NCBI GenBank assembly: GCA_017654855.1
Contig: CM030335.1
Coordinates: 186,001 to 250,000 of the forward strand
DNA length: 64,000 bases
Reading direction: 5' to 3'
Source of the DNA: Podospora anserina
Lineage: Eukaryota
The notes beneath the pieces were generated by a model, which was not told where the DNA came from, made no database searches, and saw only the letters and a list, made by a program, of their open reading frames with translations. The position numbers were made by a program, and so were the translations under genes. Numbering within the stretch: position 1 is the stretch's first letter; each line of letters starts with the position of its first letter. Below are positions 21,961 through 35,115 of this stretch, in pieces.

Positions 21961-24900
21961 CTACTCACCACAGTTCGGACAAACACGCACCTCATTCCCA
22001 TCCGCAACCACCCCGTTCGTTGCGGCCTCCCCCTTCCCCCCAGATGTTGAAACCCCCTTATCAATCTCCTTCCCAACCTTGCCAAACCTCTCCCGCCAGA
22101 GACTGACCTTCTGCTCCTCCGTCTCCTTCCACGGATCCCGGTTAATCCTCTCCACATCCACCACCATACCCCCGACGTCTTCTTTCAGGACGAGTTTCCC
22201 CCTAGCTATGGGTTCGGTCTTTTTGATTTCTGTCAACAGACCCCTTGCGCTAGCTGCTGTTTGTTAGCTTCTTCTCCCTCCTACTCCTGACGGTGAGGTA
22301 GGAATGTAACAGGGAAATGGAAAAAATGGTAACTCACCATCAGGTGCGCGATCGTCACCCCATATCGATACTTTAAACTCCCTCCCGGGGTTGAAGAAGA
22401 AGTTTGCGGGAAGGGGGTGGTCAGCGGGGAAGGGTTGGAGTGCTGCTTCGTGGATGCCTTCGAGGGCGAGGATTGCCCCTTTTGTGACGGCGGTGGAGAA
22501 GGGGATGGGCTGTTCGTTGTCGAGGGTTAGTTCGATGGGGGAGGAGAGGAAGATGTTGGGGGATTTGGTGAGGATGTGGTCGATGTAGAGCTGGTGGGGG
22601 GTTTCTGATGGGGAGGAGGTATGGCTGGGGAGGCCGTAGAGGTAGAACGGGCAGAAGCCGGAGGGGTAGGTGTCGTCGTGGGAGGAGGTGTTCAAGGGGC
22701 GGTTTTTGAGGATGGAGAGGATGGTCAGGGGGGTGCGGGGGAGGATGGTGCCACTGGATGAAGGGCAGTTAGCGGGACGGGAGCGGAAAAGGGAGGGGAG
22801 AGAAGAGGGGCTTACTTGGACGAGGTGCTTAGATTTCCGACGAGGGTTGTGCTGGATGTCCTGGAGGAAAGTAAAGAGTCGAGGTCGATTTTGTCAGAGG
22901 TTTTGAGGATGATCTCATCGTCGCCTGTGTTGCCTTCCAACAGGCTGTACGCCCGCTGACCCTCTTCGCTGGCAAACTCTGCTTCGAGGATGATTTGCTT
23001 GCGGTGCTTGGCGAGGTGGAACATGGGTCTGTAAGACAGGTAAACAGTCTTGGCCGTGCCACGGCCTCTGATCCAGAAGCTGTGATAATCTGGGCTGTCG
23101 TCGTTTCGTGCCTGGCATACTTTGACTTCCTTCTCGACAAGCTCTCGGAAGGTCTCGCCGAGCATGTTGATGAATCGGCCGTGGTCTCCGTCCATGGTTG
23201 CCAAGGGACTCATCACCACGTTACGAAGCACCATTAGCTTTTCGTGAGGGGTGCTGGTGTCAAGCCCGAGACGTCGTTTGAAGTTGGTGGCGCAGTCTCC
23301 GTAGTCCTTGTACTCAAACTCTGTGGAGGTCAAGTACAATGGGATGGAGGAAGGGTTGTCATCAGGATGGTCGACCGATAGACGACTGACGACACGCTCC
23401 ATGAGGTAGTTTGCTTCTTCAACATCGGTGTTGAGGCAGCCATCTGGGTGGCGCCAGTTGAGAGCAAAGGCGTTGATGTTGAGATCCGAGCCAAGGGCGC
23501 GGAGAAGTGTGATGGTTTTGTCGGCCTGGTTTATGGTGATGCTGTCCTGGGCGATGATCTCGGTGTTTGACTTGTTGAGGATTTCTTCTCTGATTCTCTG
23601 CTTTTCTCGCTCGACCTCCCTCGGATCGGAAGAGGATTCTGAAGGCAATGCGTTGAAGGGAGTGCAGACGAACGAGTCTCTTGGGGTGGAGAGTGCGGCC
23701 CAGAGGGCCGAGAGCTGCCTGTTGTCAACCGGAGTACAATTGCGTCAAATCAGCACCCGAGGTAACTCACACGAGACGAGGTGAAGCATGCTTCTGCCAA
23801 AAGAGCGCCGTATCCCTTCTGATCAAGCCCTATGCACTTGTTAGACAGCCATGTCGAGACAGCTGATGCACCTGGCTTGCTGTGGTCATTGTCAGCTTGC
23901 TGTCAAGCTAGGAAAAGGACTGCCGTTGCCCCTTACCTTCCCTCCACACCATAAATTCCAATACTGGTGACTGCCCCTCGAGACAAGTACGGACTTGTCC
24001 ATGTCACAAGATTCTTGATCCTCCCGTCTCGATACGTCAGTGCACCAGCAGGATAGGGGATGTACCCTGCCTTGTGGGGGTCGACCGTGATCGAGTCGCA
24101 GTACCGCAAAGCAAAGAGAGATTGCTGTGTCTCGACCCTCAAGCTCAGGTCGGGCACAAGGCCGTCATCGCCCCCGTCTCTGTCGGCATCATCCTGGCCC
24201 TCTCGAGGCAGCATCGTGGCGAAGTAGCCTCCCCAGGCTGCATCGGCATGAACCATGAACGACATGCCTCGTGCTTGAAATCGCTGTCTCATGGCCAAGA
24301 TCTTCTCCAACGGATCCACGGCCCCTTCTTCCGTGGACCCAATGACAGCTACAACCGAATAAACAGGCTGTTGCCTAGCAAACCGCTCCTCCAGCAGCTT
24401 CTCCAGCTTATCAAGATCAACCCTCGCATCATGGTCAACCCCAACACTGACAGCATTATCGGACCCCAATCCAACCAGCGCTGCTGCTTTGGGCCAGGAG
24501 TAGTGCTTGGTGCTGGGCACAAAGAACTGCCCATCCATCCCCTCACCAACCCCGAAATGTCGATTCAGCGCCTCCTTCCCTACCGTCTGAACATTGTACT
24601 CTGCCATCGCCTCCTCCAACCACTCCGGCGTGATCCCAAACTGCTCGCGCAAGAGCCCGGGGATATCCAGAACAGTTTTCACCCTCATGTTCATCATCTC
24701 CCACAAACTCATCTCCTTCAGCAGCTTCGACCTGCCCTCACAAGTTCGGACTTTGAACTCCTCACTGATAAATCTCAACGGGCCATCTTCGTCATCCATT
24801 GCCTTCCTCACAGACAGCGGGTAATACTTTAGGTTTCTCGCCACCCACAGAGCTTCGATGTTGGCAACAGTGCCATCGCAGGTGACATGGCCCCAGGCCT

Positions 24901-25462
24901 TGTCCTGCTCTTCAAAACCAAACAGTTCGCAGAGCTGCTCACCGACTTCGATCTCAGCGACGGTGGACAAGGGGGAGGCTTCAATGGCAACGTTGTTGGG
25001 GTTGTAGAGCATGGTCATGAAGTAGCCCAGCAGGGCAGGCATGCTGAGGTCGGTGCACATGTGGGCTTGGTACCGGGGGGACCAGAAGGGGATGGAGTGC
25101 TGGCCGAGGAGGCGCGCCGTTTGCTGGACGGCGGTCTTGGTCCGGGCGGCGGAGGCAAGGAAGGAGGGAGAGGTCTGGATAAAGGGGGGAATGAAGGTGA
25201 AGTCGTTTTCCTGGCGAGTTTATTAGCACAGCCCCAGACTTGACTGGAAGAGACCTGGAAGAAAGGAAAGAGAGACGACATCTTGTTCAAAGTAGTTCTT
25301 GCGGGCGAGTTGGAGTTCGTCGAGGATCGTGGTGATGTTTTCTCGGAATTGGGGGAGGTTCTCGGCGCGGGGGCCAATGAAGTAGGAGCTGATCACCTCG
25401 TGGGTGGTGTCCTTGGCCTCTTCGGCGGGCATGATGGCTTTGGTTTTGGCCGGACGAGTCAT
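21961..25462 (-). CDS. Large group II PLP-dependent decarboxylase (non-canonical aromatic amino acid/tyrosine decarboxylase-like) with C-terminal extension, multi-exon
   Basis: YFIGPRAENL, YNPNNVAIEASPLST, GHVTCDGTVANIEALW, HYSWPKAA, IGSTEEGAVD, HADAAWGGYF, SITVDPHKAGYIPYPAG (PLP lysine), GVEGSKPGA. Further exons (ORFs 22812..23648, 22264..22695, 21961..22236) give ~1000 aa in total. Confidence 0.9.
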
Positions 25463-26404
25463 TGTATAATCAATAATAGTATGGAATGTAAGAAGGCGTG
25501 GAATTGTGAAGATGTCTGCTCCTGAGTCTGATCTCCAACGGGGCTGTCATGGACTTTATAGACCTGTCTCTCACGCATCAACACCCCTCATCATCATCAT
25601 TCCATGTTTTTGTTGCATATCCACAACCTTTCCCTCGTACTAATGCGGCCTAGTTACGCAGACACAGACGATCGGTCTGTGCCAGTAAAGATGAGATGAA
25701 CCAGTGCCACAAACCGTACAGCAGCTGCGATGAATAATGGTATGCCCCATTTGCCAACCGCATGGTGAAGCTCAGCTGCAAGCCACGCGCGGCGTGTTTC
25801 AAGACGTTGCTTCCGCACAGAGCTGATGATCCTGCTGTGGTCCTGTAGACTGTGGTTGTTTCGTCATACATGTCTCAGCGATACCCCAACTTCGCTCAAA
25901 GGTATACCGATCAAAGTAGGTTCTACCTGGAGAGCCAACTCCAGAGAATCGCGCGGATGTGAATCCTTCATGCCTACCCGCTGGGATAGGAGCAAGCAAA
26001 ACAATAGCCTCCCTGAATTAACCATAACCCTAACCCCTCCGCTTGTAGTGCCTTGGTCAGGAAAAGGGGCAAGTCTCCACACAGCACAGCGTCCGTTGCT
26101 CTTGACAATGATGGCGACCTTGGACTTACCAACATGGCCAAATACTTTGACATTCTCCTCACAGTGGCTCAAAAACTCTTCCTCTCAAGGCTTCACCAAA
26201 ACACCAAGTCTTGCACCATCACCATGCTCAAATTTACATCCACTTCTCACTCTCTGTCGCCGCGTCAACACCGACACCAAAGCAGGATTTCGGCCCTGGA
26301 GTTGAATCAGAAACCAAGGATATAAACCACTAATTTCTGACCGCTTTTTGTTTTTCTTTCTGTTTTCTTTCCACCAGCACCCTTCATCACCACCCCTTAT
26401 CACC

Positions 26405-26873
26405 ATGGCTCCCTCCCCCACCCCCCCACAAATGCTCCAACCCTCCTGTTCTTCCATTTAAAACCACCACCCCCCACCTCCTCCGCTGCTCCCGCTGCCG
26501 CACCGCCCACTACTGGCCCCCCCAATCGCCGATCCGCCCACTGGCCCTCCCACAAGGCCAAATGCCACCGCCCCAACTACGTCCTCCAGTTCTCCCTCCT
26601 CCCCCTCAACATCACCAACCCCGCCATCGCCCGCACCCTCTCCTGCCCGTCCTCGGCCAAGTTTTCCCACCTCCGCTCGGCCCTCCAGATCGCCTGCTAT
26701 AATGATGGGAAATTGGATGATTTGTTGACATGTGGGTGAAGCTCAAGGAGGCGTATCGGGCGGCGAGGCCGACGGCGGACCAGAGGGAGAAGATGAAGTG
26801 GTATGGGACGGTTTGTGTCAATGATGACAGGCAGGGTCTTCGCGGGGATAGGGTGTACGTGTGGGACAAATAA
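26405..26873 (+). pseudogene. Decayed MYND-type zinc finger + MM3350/pRiA4b-ORF3-like gene
   Basis: Frames read KCSNPP...LLRCSRCRTAHYW...HWPSHKAKCHRPNYVLQF...RTLSCPSSAKFSHLRSALQIA. After a deletion they read WVKLKEAYRAARPTADQREKMKWYGTVCVNDDRQGLRG...WDK*. There is a frameshift in the C-run after the ATG. Confidence 0.65.
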
Positions 26874-27450
26874 CGAGCTGCTGGAGTTGTCGATTGATAA
26901 TCGAGTATGAAAAGCACAAGTTTTTATAAATATAGAACACCTTGACATAGAAAAGCAACGCGAACCTTTTCGGCAATCCGTCTCCCTTAAAAGTTCTGTA
27001 TTTGACGCCATCGCCTCGACTTCAGCATGACCTTTGGCCGAACGAGAAGTTCTTGACCACTGGTGGCTATTCTATAGGTACACATGCCAGTATGAAAAGC
27101 TTTTCTACGCCGCTTCACCAGACTAGACCTCACTCTGGCGGTAGTTCGCCATTCTCTGCTTCTCCTTTAAATTTGTCTGCACTAACAGACGTAGAGAAGA
27201 AGACGGATGACAAAGAAACAAAACAGCATTCTCATTCAGATAAATGTCCATCATACAGAAAGCCATTCTCTAAAAGAGAGCATAGGTCGCTCGCAGGGAA
27301 GGTAACGTCACAATTCCCCCGCACCGGGTCGAGCCTTTTTCCGAGACCCTGTCCCACTCGACTGCCATGAACCTACCTATCATCCGATGTTGCACTGGCC
27401 CTTCTGATGGCGTTTTCAACCATCATGCTTGTCAAAATCATCAACTGGTA

Positions 27451-28633
27451 ATGGACAGTATTCCGGCCGACGCACATACCCGGGAGGTGTTTTACGTTGG
27501 CGGCGAGTATGTTGATGACGGCACCGGCAATGAGACGGTATACGGGCAGGTGTATGTCGAGCACCTCGTCCCAGTCCGTAAACCCCTTCAGAAATACCCC
27601 ATAATCTTCATCCCTGGAAGCAGTCGCACAGGCATTGTAGGTCACATCGTCCGGGCCAACCTTGATTCACCCCAACTAACCCACCACCCAGGACTTCCTC
27701 ACCACCCCAGCCAACAACGACAACAACACCAACTCGCCCACCCAACAAAGCTGGTCCTCCCACTTCCTCTCCCTCTCCCACGAGCTCTACCTCATCGATC
27801 CCCCCTTCCGCGGCCGCTCCCCCTGGCACCCCCCCACCCACCTCTCCTCCTCCTCCTCCTCCTCCCCATACCTCACCTTCGGCGCGGCCCCCCTCCAAAA
27901 AGCCTGGGCCACCCCGCCCTCCTCCACCCAATGGCCCGACAGCCCCCCCGCAGGCAAAGGCTCCCCCGCCTTCGACCACGTCATGAGGTCGACCCACCCG
28001 CAGCTCGCCAACCTGGCAGAAGAGCAATCCGTCGCCCAAAAGTCTCTGGCGGCCCTCCTGGACAAGATCGGCAAGCCCGCCATCCTCCTGGCTCACAGCA
28101 TGGGCTGCAAGATAGCCTGGCTGCTCGCCGACGCGCGGCCGGGGCTGGTGAAAGCGATTGTGGCCGTGGAGCCTGCCGGGCCGGCGTTTCAGATGAGGGG
28201 GATGGGGGGGTTGAGGAAGGAGCCGACGGTGTTTGGGCTGACCGAGGTGAGGTTGGGGTTTGAGCCTGCGGTTGGGGAGGGGGGGGAGGGGTTGAGGAGG
28301 CGGTTGGTCAAGCCGGGGGAGGAAGGGCTGTTGGAGTGTTGGCTTCAAGATGATGAGGAAGCCGGGGAGGTGAGGAAGCTGGTGAATTTGAGAAGGGTGG
28401 AGGTGTTGGTCGTGACGGGGGAGGGGTCGCCTCATAGGGGATATGACTGGGGGACGGTGGAGTTTTTGAGGCAGGCTGGGGTGGAGGGGGTGGAGCATTT
28501 AGTGCTGAGGGGAGAGGCGGGAGGGGTTCTGGAGGGGAGGGGGGGAGGGGGGAACGGACATATGATGATGTTGGAGAGGAATAGGGGGCGGATTGGGGAG
28601 GTTTTGGGCGAGTGGGTTGGGAGGAGGGTGTGA
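27451..28633 (+). CDS. Alpha/beta hydrolase (esterase/lipase-like), 2 exons
   Basis: FYVGGEY...GQVYVEHL...PIIFIPG; intron 27637-27691; IDPPFRGRSPW; nucleophile elbow AHSMG; VAVEPAGP; GNGHMMMLERN. Confidence 0.85.
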
Positions 28634-30263
28634 GGGTTGGTGGTCATTGATGTAAGGGGCTCTATGATACGACGCTGCGTCTACATATTCTTGTTTACAT
28701 AAAGGCATGCGCTGGGGATACTGAGCTTCCAAATGCCCCAAGGTCAGATGGCCTAGAGACATATCGCCAATCCACAAACTGCAACCACCTACAGCGTCAA
28801 AGGGACCCAACTACGTACCGTATCTATTTACAGCCCCATGTACCAATGCTCAGTGACGCAAGCCCAAAGATAGGGGTCTACGAAATGGTCACCATGTCAA
28901 CCACCTCATCCCGATCCTTATTTACATGCAGGGGTTGCTGCATCAACCCTAACCCTCGTTCAAGGACAGTCTGATCAACTTTCACGAACTTTACAAGCTG
29001 AATAGGTCAACATCCTCAAACAAACCCAAACATATAAATATTGTTAACAAACAGACCCCAAGTTCCTATGTCCCTTTCCCACCTTTCCCACGGAAAACAA
29101 AAGAAATCAAAAAGTCCGAGGTCTCTGTCTTGGATAATCATCGGATTTCATGCGGTGCTTCTTCTTGTTTGGGAAACCAGCGCGAAAACGAGAAACGCGT
29201 GGGACATACTTTGCTGCGCGTCTGAGTATTGCAGATGGATAAGGTACAAAAACATCAAAAAACGAAAACACGGAATCTTTGATGATCAATACATAGCTAT
29301 CTGGTGCTTTGTTGACTACCTTACCTGGATTACCTAGATCGCGAGCCAAGAGTAGAGCCTTGTGAGGCTGCGGTTGGCGGTGCTGTGCTGTTGACTTGGC
29401 TTTTGGTTCGGTCTGGGAGAGGTGTGAATGCGGTGTAATCACGTTGGTACCTAATTTTTAGGGTTGAATCGCTGATGAAAGTATGGGCTTTCTTGAGGGT
29501 TGGAAAGGGTACCTAGGTTTATAGCGTTGATAATTGGTCCTATCGACAGGGATATCCAGCGCGTGGGACTTGTTGTTTGAAGAGATGGGTCGTTTTGAAG
29601 AGAGGAGTGTCGAGAGAGTGAGGAGGAGGGGTGAAGAGCAGGGTCGCAAGCTGAACTGGACCCCTGTTATTGAAGGTGACGGCAATTGGCTCGCTAGCCT
29701 GCGTCTTGATTGACAGGGCTGACATGGTCTGGGCATTGGGCAGCGGTTTTCTTTGGGCTGGGCTGGGGTTTCTTTGATGCTTGGGGCCGAGCAAAAAAGA
29801 TTACCATGATGCTGGGGACTGGAGGGAGCAGGTGGTGGTATCAACTTATATGTATGAATACGGTAGGTGCCTGACTGGTGCTCTTTGCAAGCAGCCCACA
29901 TGCATGCCACCCGCGACGTGACGGGCAGGAAAACGACAACGGCTTCGAACGGATGGGGAATGCCTGGCGAGTTGCGGCTGTGAGTTGCTGCAGACGCCTC
30001 TTTCGTTAGCGCCATGCGTTGTGGTCCCAGTTACACTCACATCCAGACCGCCGGGTTCTGTTTGGTCCTTCTTTCGAGGGTAGCTGTTTCTGCTTGGCTT
30101 TCACGGAGGCCAGCCGCAATACGGAAATTCTCCAAATGCGGCGAGGATGCTGTTGTCCGTGTCTGGACTGCTTCCTCGAGTTAAAGATGGCGACGTCCCC
30201 GGAGCTGCATTCCAGCTTTCTTTTCTGTCTTGCCCCTGGATTGAAGCGTTCTCCAAACCAAAC

Positions 30264-31795
30264 ATGGCAGTCCAAAGTCTTCGCCGGCTGGTCGCCGCCT
30301 CGGTATGGCTTCCTGCTGGTGTTTACTCACATATTGCGGGGACTGAGCGATTCAACCCGACATCGCCAGTTGAGACTGGACTGGCACCCGCACGGGTTGG
30401 CCACCTCGAACTCCAGCACCCACCAGCACCCACCCCCCATGCGAGAGCCCTCTTCCAACGGCAGTCTGGGGAGAACACCTGCGGGTTCGTGGGCGATGAG
30501 CGGGTCCCATTTACATGCAGCGCAGAATGGGGAGCAGAGTGCCGTGTAAACTCGGATGCCCGCGCCATCGGCTGCTGTCTCTCCACCGCCTGCAACATCT
30601 GGACCGCCTGTCTTCCTTACACGTCCTCCCGCCTGGCATCAAACCGTGACACAGACCGAACCATGTACTGGTATGCTCTTCCCGCCTGTTCTCACTCCTT
30701 CTTGCCTGTCCCACTAACCTCGCCCGTCTCCAGCTCCGACCTGGACGAGCCAGAATGTGCCACCTTGGTCTACGCCGACGGCGACTACAGCGGCTGGACA
30801 ATTCCCCTCTGTGCAGCCACGTCCGTGGTCCTGCCCATCTTCGACATCACTTCCGGTTCCACCGGGGGTGTTACCACTGGTGGCGGTGGTGGGAGAAGCG
30901 GTGTTGCCGGTCCCAGCGGCGTCGCCAACCCGACTGATGGCGGCGGCGTTGCCAACCCGACCGACAGCGTCAACGACGACAACAACAACAACCGCAACCT
31001 CGACACCGCCAACTCTAACGGCAAGACCCCCGAGGAAGCCGTGGCTTCGACGGTGAACACTGCCTTGATCGTTGGCGCGGTAGTCGGTGGTATCAGTACG
31101 TTCTCCCCCCAGTCCCTCCCACTTGACCTGCTTCCTGTTTTTCTGTTCCCCTTTCAAAGTGCTCATAACTAACCTACCATCGATTCTTGCGCACAGGCTT
31201 CCTAGCAATGGTAGGCATCATCATCTTCCTCATCATCTACTGCGGCCGCCGCAAGAAGAGAAACCAGGAACTCCGCCTCCAGCAAGCAGGCCAGCCAATC
31301 ACCATTGCTGGTGCTGGTGCTGGTGACGGTGGTACCGCTCCTCCAAACTTTGCTCCCCCTCCTCAGCAGCAAATGTCCACCGTCCCAGATGGCGCACCGC
31401 CGATGGGATTCGCCCAGGGAGCCTACGCCCATCATGGAGATAACAAGCCGGCCATGCAGGAGAGCGTCACGCCGGTTACCAGTGTGGCGCACGTGACGCC
31501 CACGGGAACGCCAGCGCCGGGATACACTGCTGTTGCTGAACAGCATCAGCAACAACAACAGCAGCAGCAGCAGTGGGGGTCTCCTCCGGCGCCGGTGTCG
31601 CCTCAGTTCACGGGGCAGTTGGGGAATCAGCAGCCGGCGATGCCAGTTTCACCACAGGTGACGGGATATGGGATGTACGCAGGTCAACAGCCGCAGCCGC
31701 AACAAGCACAACAACAGGCCGGGGACTATTTCCCGAGCAATGCCGTCGAGCTGAGCACGCAGAGGGGTGATGGGCAGGTGCATGAGGTTCAGTAA
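30264..31795 (+). CDS. Type I single-pass membrane protein with Cys-rich ectodomain and Pro/Gln-rich cytoplasmic tail
   Basis: Signal-like N-terminus; TCGFVGD...FTC...C...IGCC...ACNIWTAC; introns 30671-30733 and 31096-31196; TM LIVGAVVGGI..LAMVGIIIFLIIYC followed by basic stop-transfer GRRKKR. Confidence 0.75.
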
Positions 31796-32532
31796 AGGAC
31801 AGCGAGTCTATCGACGAGCATGCCGTGGATGTGTACACGATTTTGATGAGTGAAGGGGATGATCGTGGGAAGGAAGTCAGCATATATATATATATTTTTT
31901 TTTGATGGGACTTGGGTTGGGAATACCTGGATACACGATCGTAATAACAGCGGCGCTTTTTACTTGAATAGAGTGCTTCGTTGCAACAGTGCTTCTGGTG
32001 TTGTTCTTTTCCCCCTTTCGGCCTTGTTCTGCCATGCAATCACGTTTGGTGAGCCCTAGCTGCATATTTTCCATCATTGCTTCGCTCTCAAGCGGCTCGG
32101 GAAAGCTGATCAAAACATGCCTCATCCCCAATCGCAAGCTGTGCCTTTGCCAAGTGCGGCACTGTCGAGTCCCCAAATGTTACGTGCTGAGTAAGAGTCT
32201 CGTGACGGCTCTCATAGTGCCAAGGTACGCCTGAGCAAACAACCGTCCGATGGTGGAAATTGCCAGGCTGACGCTCCTCTTACGAAGGTCTAGTTGTGGT
32301 TGTAGTCTGCCAACGGGTTGGTTGGGATACCGGGTGATTCAGCAAATATCAACGGCTGAGTGCCTTTTGTCGGCATGGAGAGGGCTGCATCGCGGACGGC
32401 GGCGAGATAGGTAGATGAGAAGGCGGCGGTTCGGTAAACCTCTCCAGCGATTGGTATAAAGAGACGAGCTCCCAGGCATGTCGTCTGTCTGGATCATCAT
32501 CAAACACAGCAAACTTCCTCAGTTTGTCAAAG

Positions 32533-32950
32533 ATGGTCCACCTCGCTACCTTCATTTCCCTGCTGGGCTTCGACGGCACCAGTCTGGGCCGCCACCCCCT
32601 CGCTGCCCAACTACCGCCTTGTTTGGGGCGACGACTTCAACTGGTCGGCCGGCTCGAGCGTCAGCAACGGGTGGGAGGTGTTCAGGCGGTCCCGGTTCAA
32701 CAACGACAACAATGAGGCACAAGAGCACCGCGACCACACCAACAATATCCAGCAGTCGGGCAGCGGGGAGCTCAACATCATCCCCACCAAGGAGAACGGC
32801 ATCTGGTGCTCGGGCCGTCTGCACCAGCCAAATACAAGGGGCTGTGGCCTGCATTCTGGGCTCTGGGACAGGGCATCAAGGAGGGCGCGAAGTGGCCCAA
32901 GTGTGGAGAGTGGTATGGGACCGGCGACGGAACGGGGGGGCTTGGGTCGG
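32533..32950 (+). pseudogene. Truncated, frameshifted GH16 (laminarinase-like) gene
   Basis: Signal-like MVHLATFISLLG; PSLPNYRLVWGDDFN...NNEAQE...WCSGRL; then in another frame KYKGLWPAFWALG...WPKCGEW, broken off at the ExDxxE catalytic motif. Confidence 0.75.
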
Positions 32951-33161
32951 TTGTGAGAGTCAGGTATGTCGGAGTTTATGAATCTGTTTGATAGGTAGTA
33001 GGGTGAGTCACCCGGCGAAACGTGGAATTGGCGGCTGGTCCGAGTGTACCCTTCCAAGTGTGCGGTGGGAGTACCTTATTTTTAGCTCTATACCTTATAA
33101 AAATCAGCTCGCAGATGGTTCAATGAAGTTTGCTCTGGACATCACCCACATAAGATACATC

Positions 33162-34406
33162 ATGTCGGACCGCTTCTTCCTCACGCGGCTCCCCCGTGAG
33201 ATCCGTGATCTCATCTACCACAAGTACCTCTTTTGCCGACCAGGGCTATGTGTTCGACTCGGGGGCAGGCAAGCTGAGGCTGAAGCACTCTGGTGAGCCC
33301 ATCAATCTGGCCCTCTCGTACCCAAGCAGGATGGTTGCCGCCGAGATGCGAGGCCTGGCTCTGCGCATCAACACGGTCGCCTTCTCGACCATGACCTCGC
33401 CGGCCCTGAGCCAAGAGCTGGGCGCTTCGAATTTATTCTCCACCACATCCATTTTTCAGGAGCAGGTGCTGCTCTACAAGATAACCCGCCTGCCCGAATT
33501 CAGCCTGGATAAACTTGAGGCAAGCTGCCCCGGTGCAAGTCGTCTGTGGCCGTTTGTCTGATGGAATAAGCGAGAGCGTAAATGGTGAGTCTCCCCTGAG
33601 CTCGCCTATCCCCTGGGGCAACGTGTTGCTTGGAGCAGGCTACGGTAATGTGTGGTTTCCAACAGATAACTGGGTTTCTCTTTTCCAGTTCTCCCGCTTA
33701 GATCTCGCCCATCGTCCCGATCTCGTCGCTCAGGTGGCCCCATTATCTGATTGCGCACGCCTGAGCCCGAACTGGATCTCTGACGCCCTATCGTTCTGGC
33801 TAGCAGAAGCCCTGGTTCTCTGCGACGCCGGGATGTCCAGCAATGTTTACTCGTTGACATTGGTCGCTGGCCCGATGCGCGAAACAACCAGCCACATCTT
33901 TCACGACGTGGTGCACAGGGACGACGCCTGGCAGCGTGCCGCGCGAACCCAGTTCGGTCTTGAGTCCGACGACGGCGATTTGGCAGCCCTCTGCCGGGCG
34001 GGCCAGCACCCATCCATGCAATCTCTAAACAGAATCACTCAGATTTACAAGTACGCCGGCTTCACAGAAGCTCTCGCTGCGCTAGCTTCCCGTACCTCTT
34101 CTCGGGGTGGCCGCTTTGGCGGCAACTTCGATGCCGGCACGCCCTGGAGCGCCGCAGAAGTCGACGCTCTTGTCGAGAAACACAGCAAACTCGATGTCGA
34201 TGAGTGGGTAGAAACGTATTTTGACAGGGCAGATCACCCCATGTTTGTTGACCCCGAAAAATGGGTACCAAACGGTCCCGCCGTACCCCAAGTTCTTTGA
34301 TCACTTTTTACAAAATGTCGTGGTCGATCGAGCCCTGCTTTATCGTGTGTGTATCGACAACAATCCGTACGTACCAGACGCGAACTGGGAAGACGACGAC
34401 GACTGA
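33162..34406 (+). pseudogene. Frameshifted fungal hypothetical gene with F-box-like N-terminus (LPREIRD)
   Basis: MSDRFFLTRLPREIRDLIYHKYLF continues in another frame (ADQGYVFD...AAEMRGLALRINTVAFST). Further frame changes occur near 33550 and 34290. Confidence 0.6.
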
Positions 34407-35115
34407 TGTTGGCGGTGAGTGTGTATAACACGGAGGATTAGGTGGATGGGTACATTGGTGTAACTTGCCTACCTTACCTTAGGTAGATAAAATTTACCAG
34501 CATGTGTTGCCGTGTGGTGAACACCCAGACTCTCATTTTGAGAGAAATCCAATGCTGTTTCTGGAAGACATACTGCCAAAATCGGAGGAAGATTTCTTCT
34601 TCATTTCTACATTCACAACCCTAAATCTTCCAATGAACCTGAAGTATAAGGCCGATAGAAAATAAAAATCCAAAATTAAATAAGCTGTAGAAAATATAGG
34701 TATTTTGGTATATCGAGCTTGTATTCTTCAGCTTTTTAGCGGAATAACAACTTGTTATATATTTAGATATTTATATTTCAATTTTTAAACCGAGATTAAG
34801 ATTATATAATTATAAGAAATGCGTTTTACTAAAGATTTAACTAAATAACTAACGTATATTATAAGCAAGTGACCCACTTCCTTCGTAATATAACACCTTC
34901 GCACTCAACAGCAATTTCCTTAACTATTTAAGATACTTTCTAATTCAAATAAAGCCCACATAATTTTAGCCCTCCAAGCGCTTCAAAACGACAAGAATCT
35001 AATGTCACAGTTAACCTAACGGCAAGTCGCGCTATATGTAGGGCGCAGGTCGCCCCTAGCTAATTATTAAGGAAGCTAGGGAATAAGCTAATTAGGCCTA
35101 AATAAAAGTGCTATG

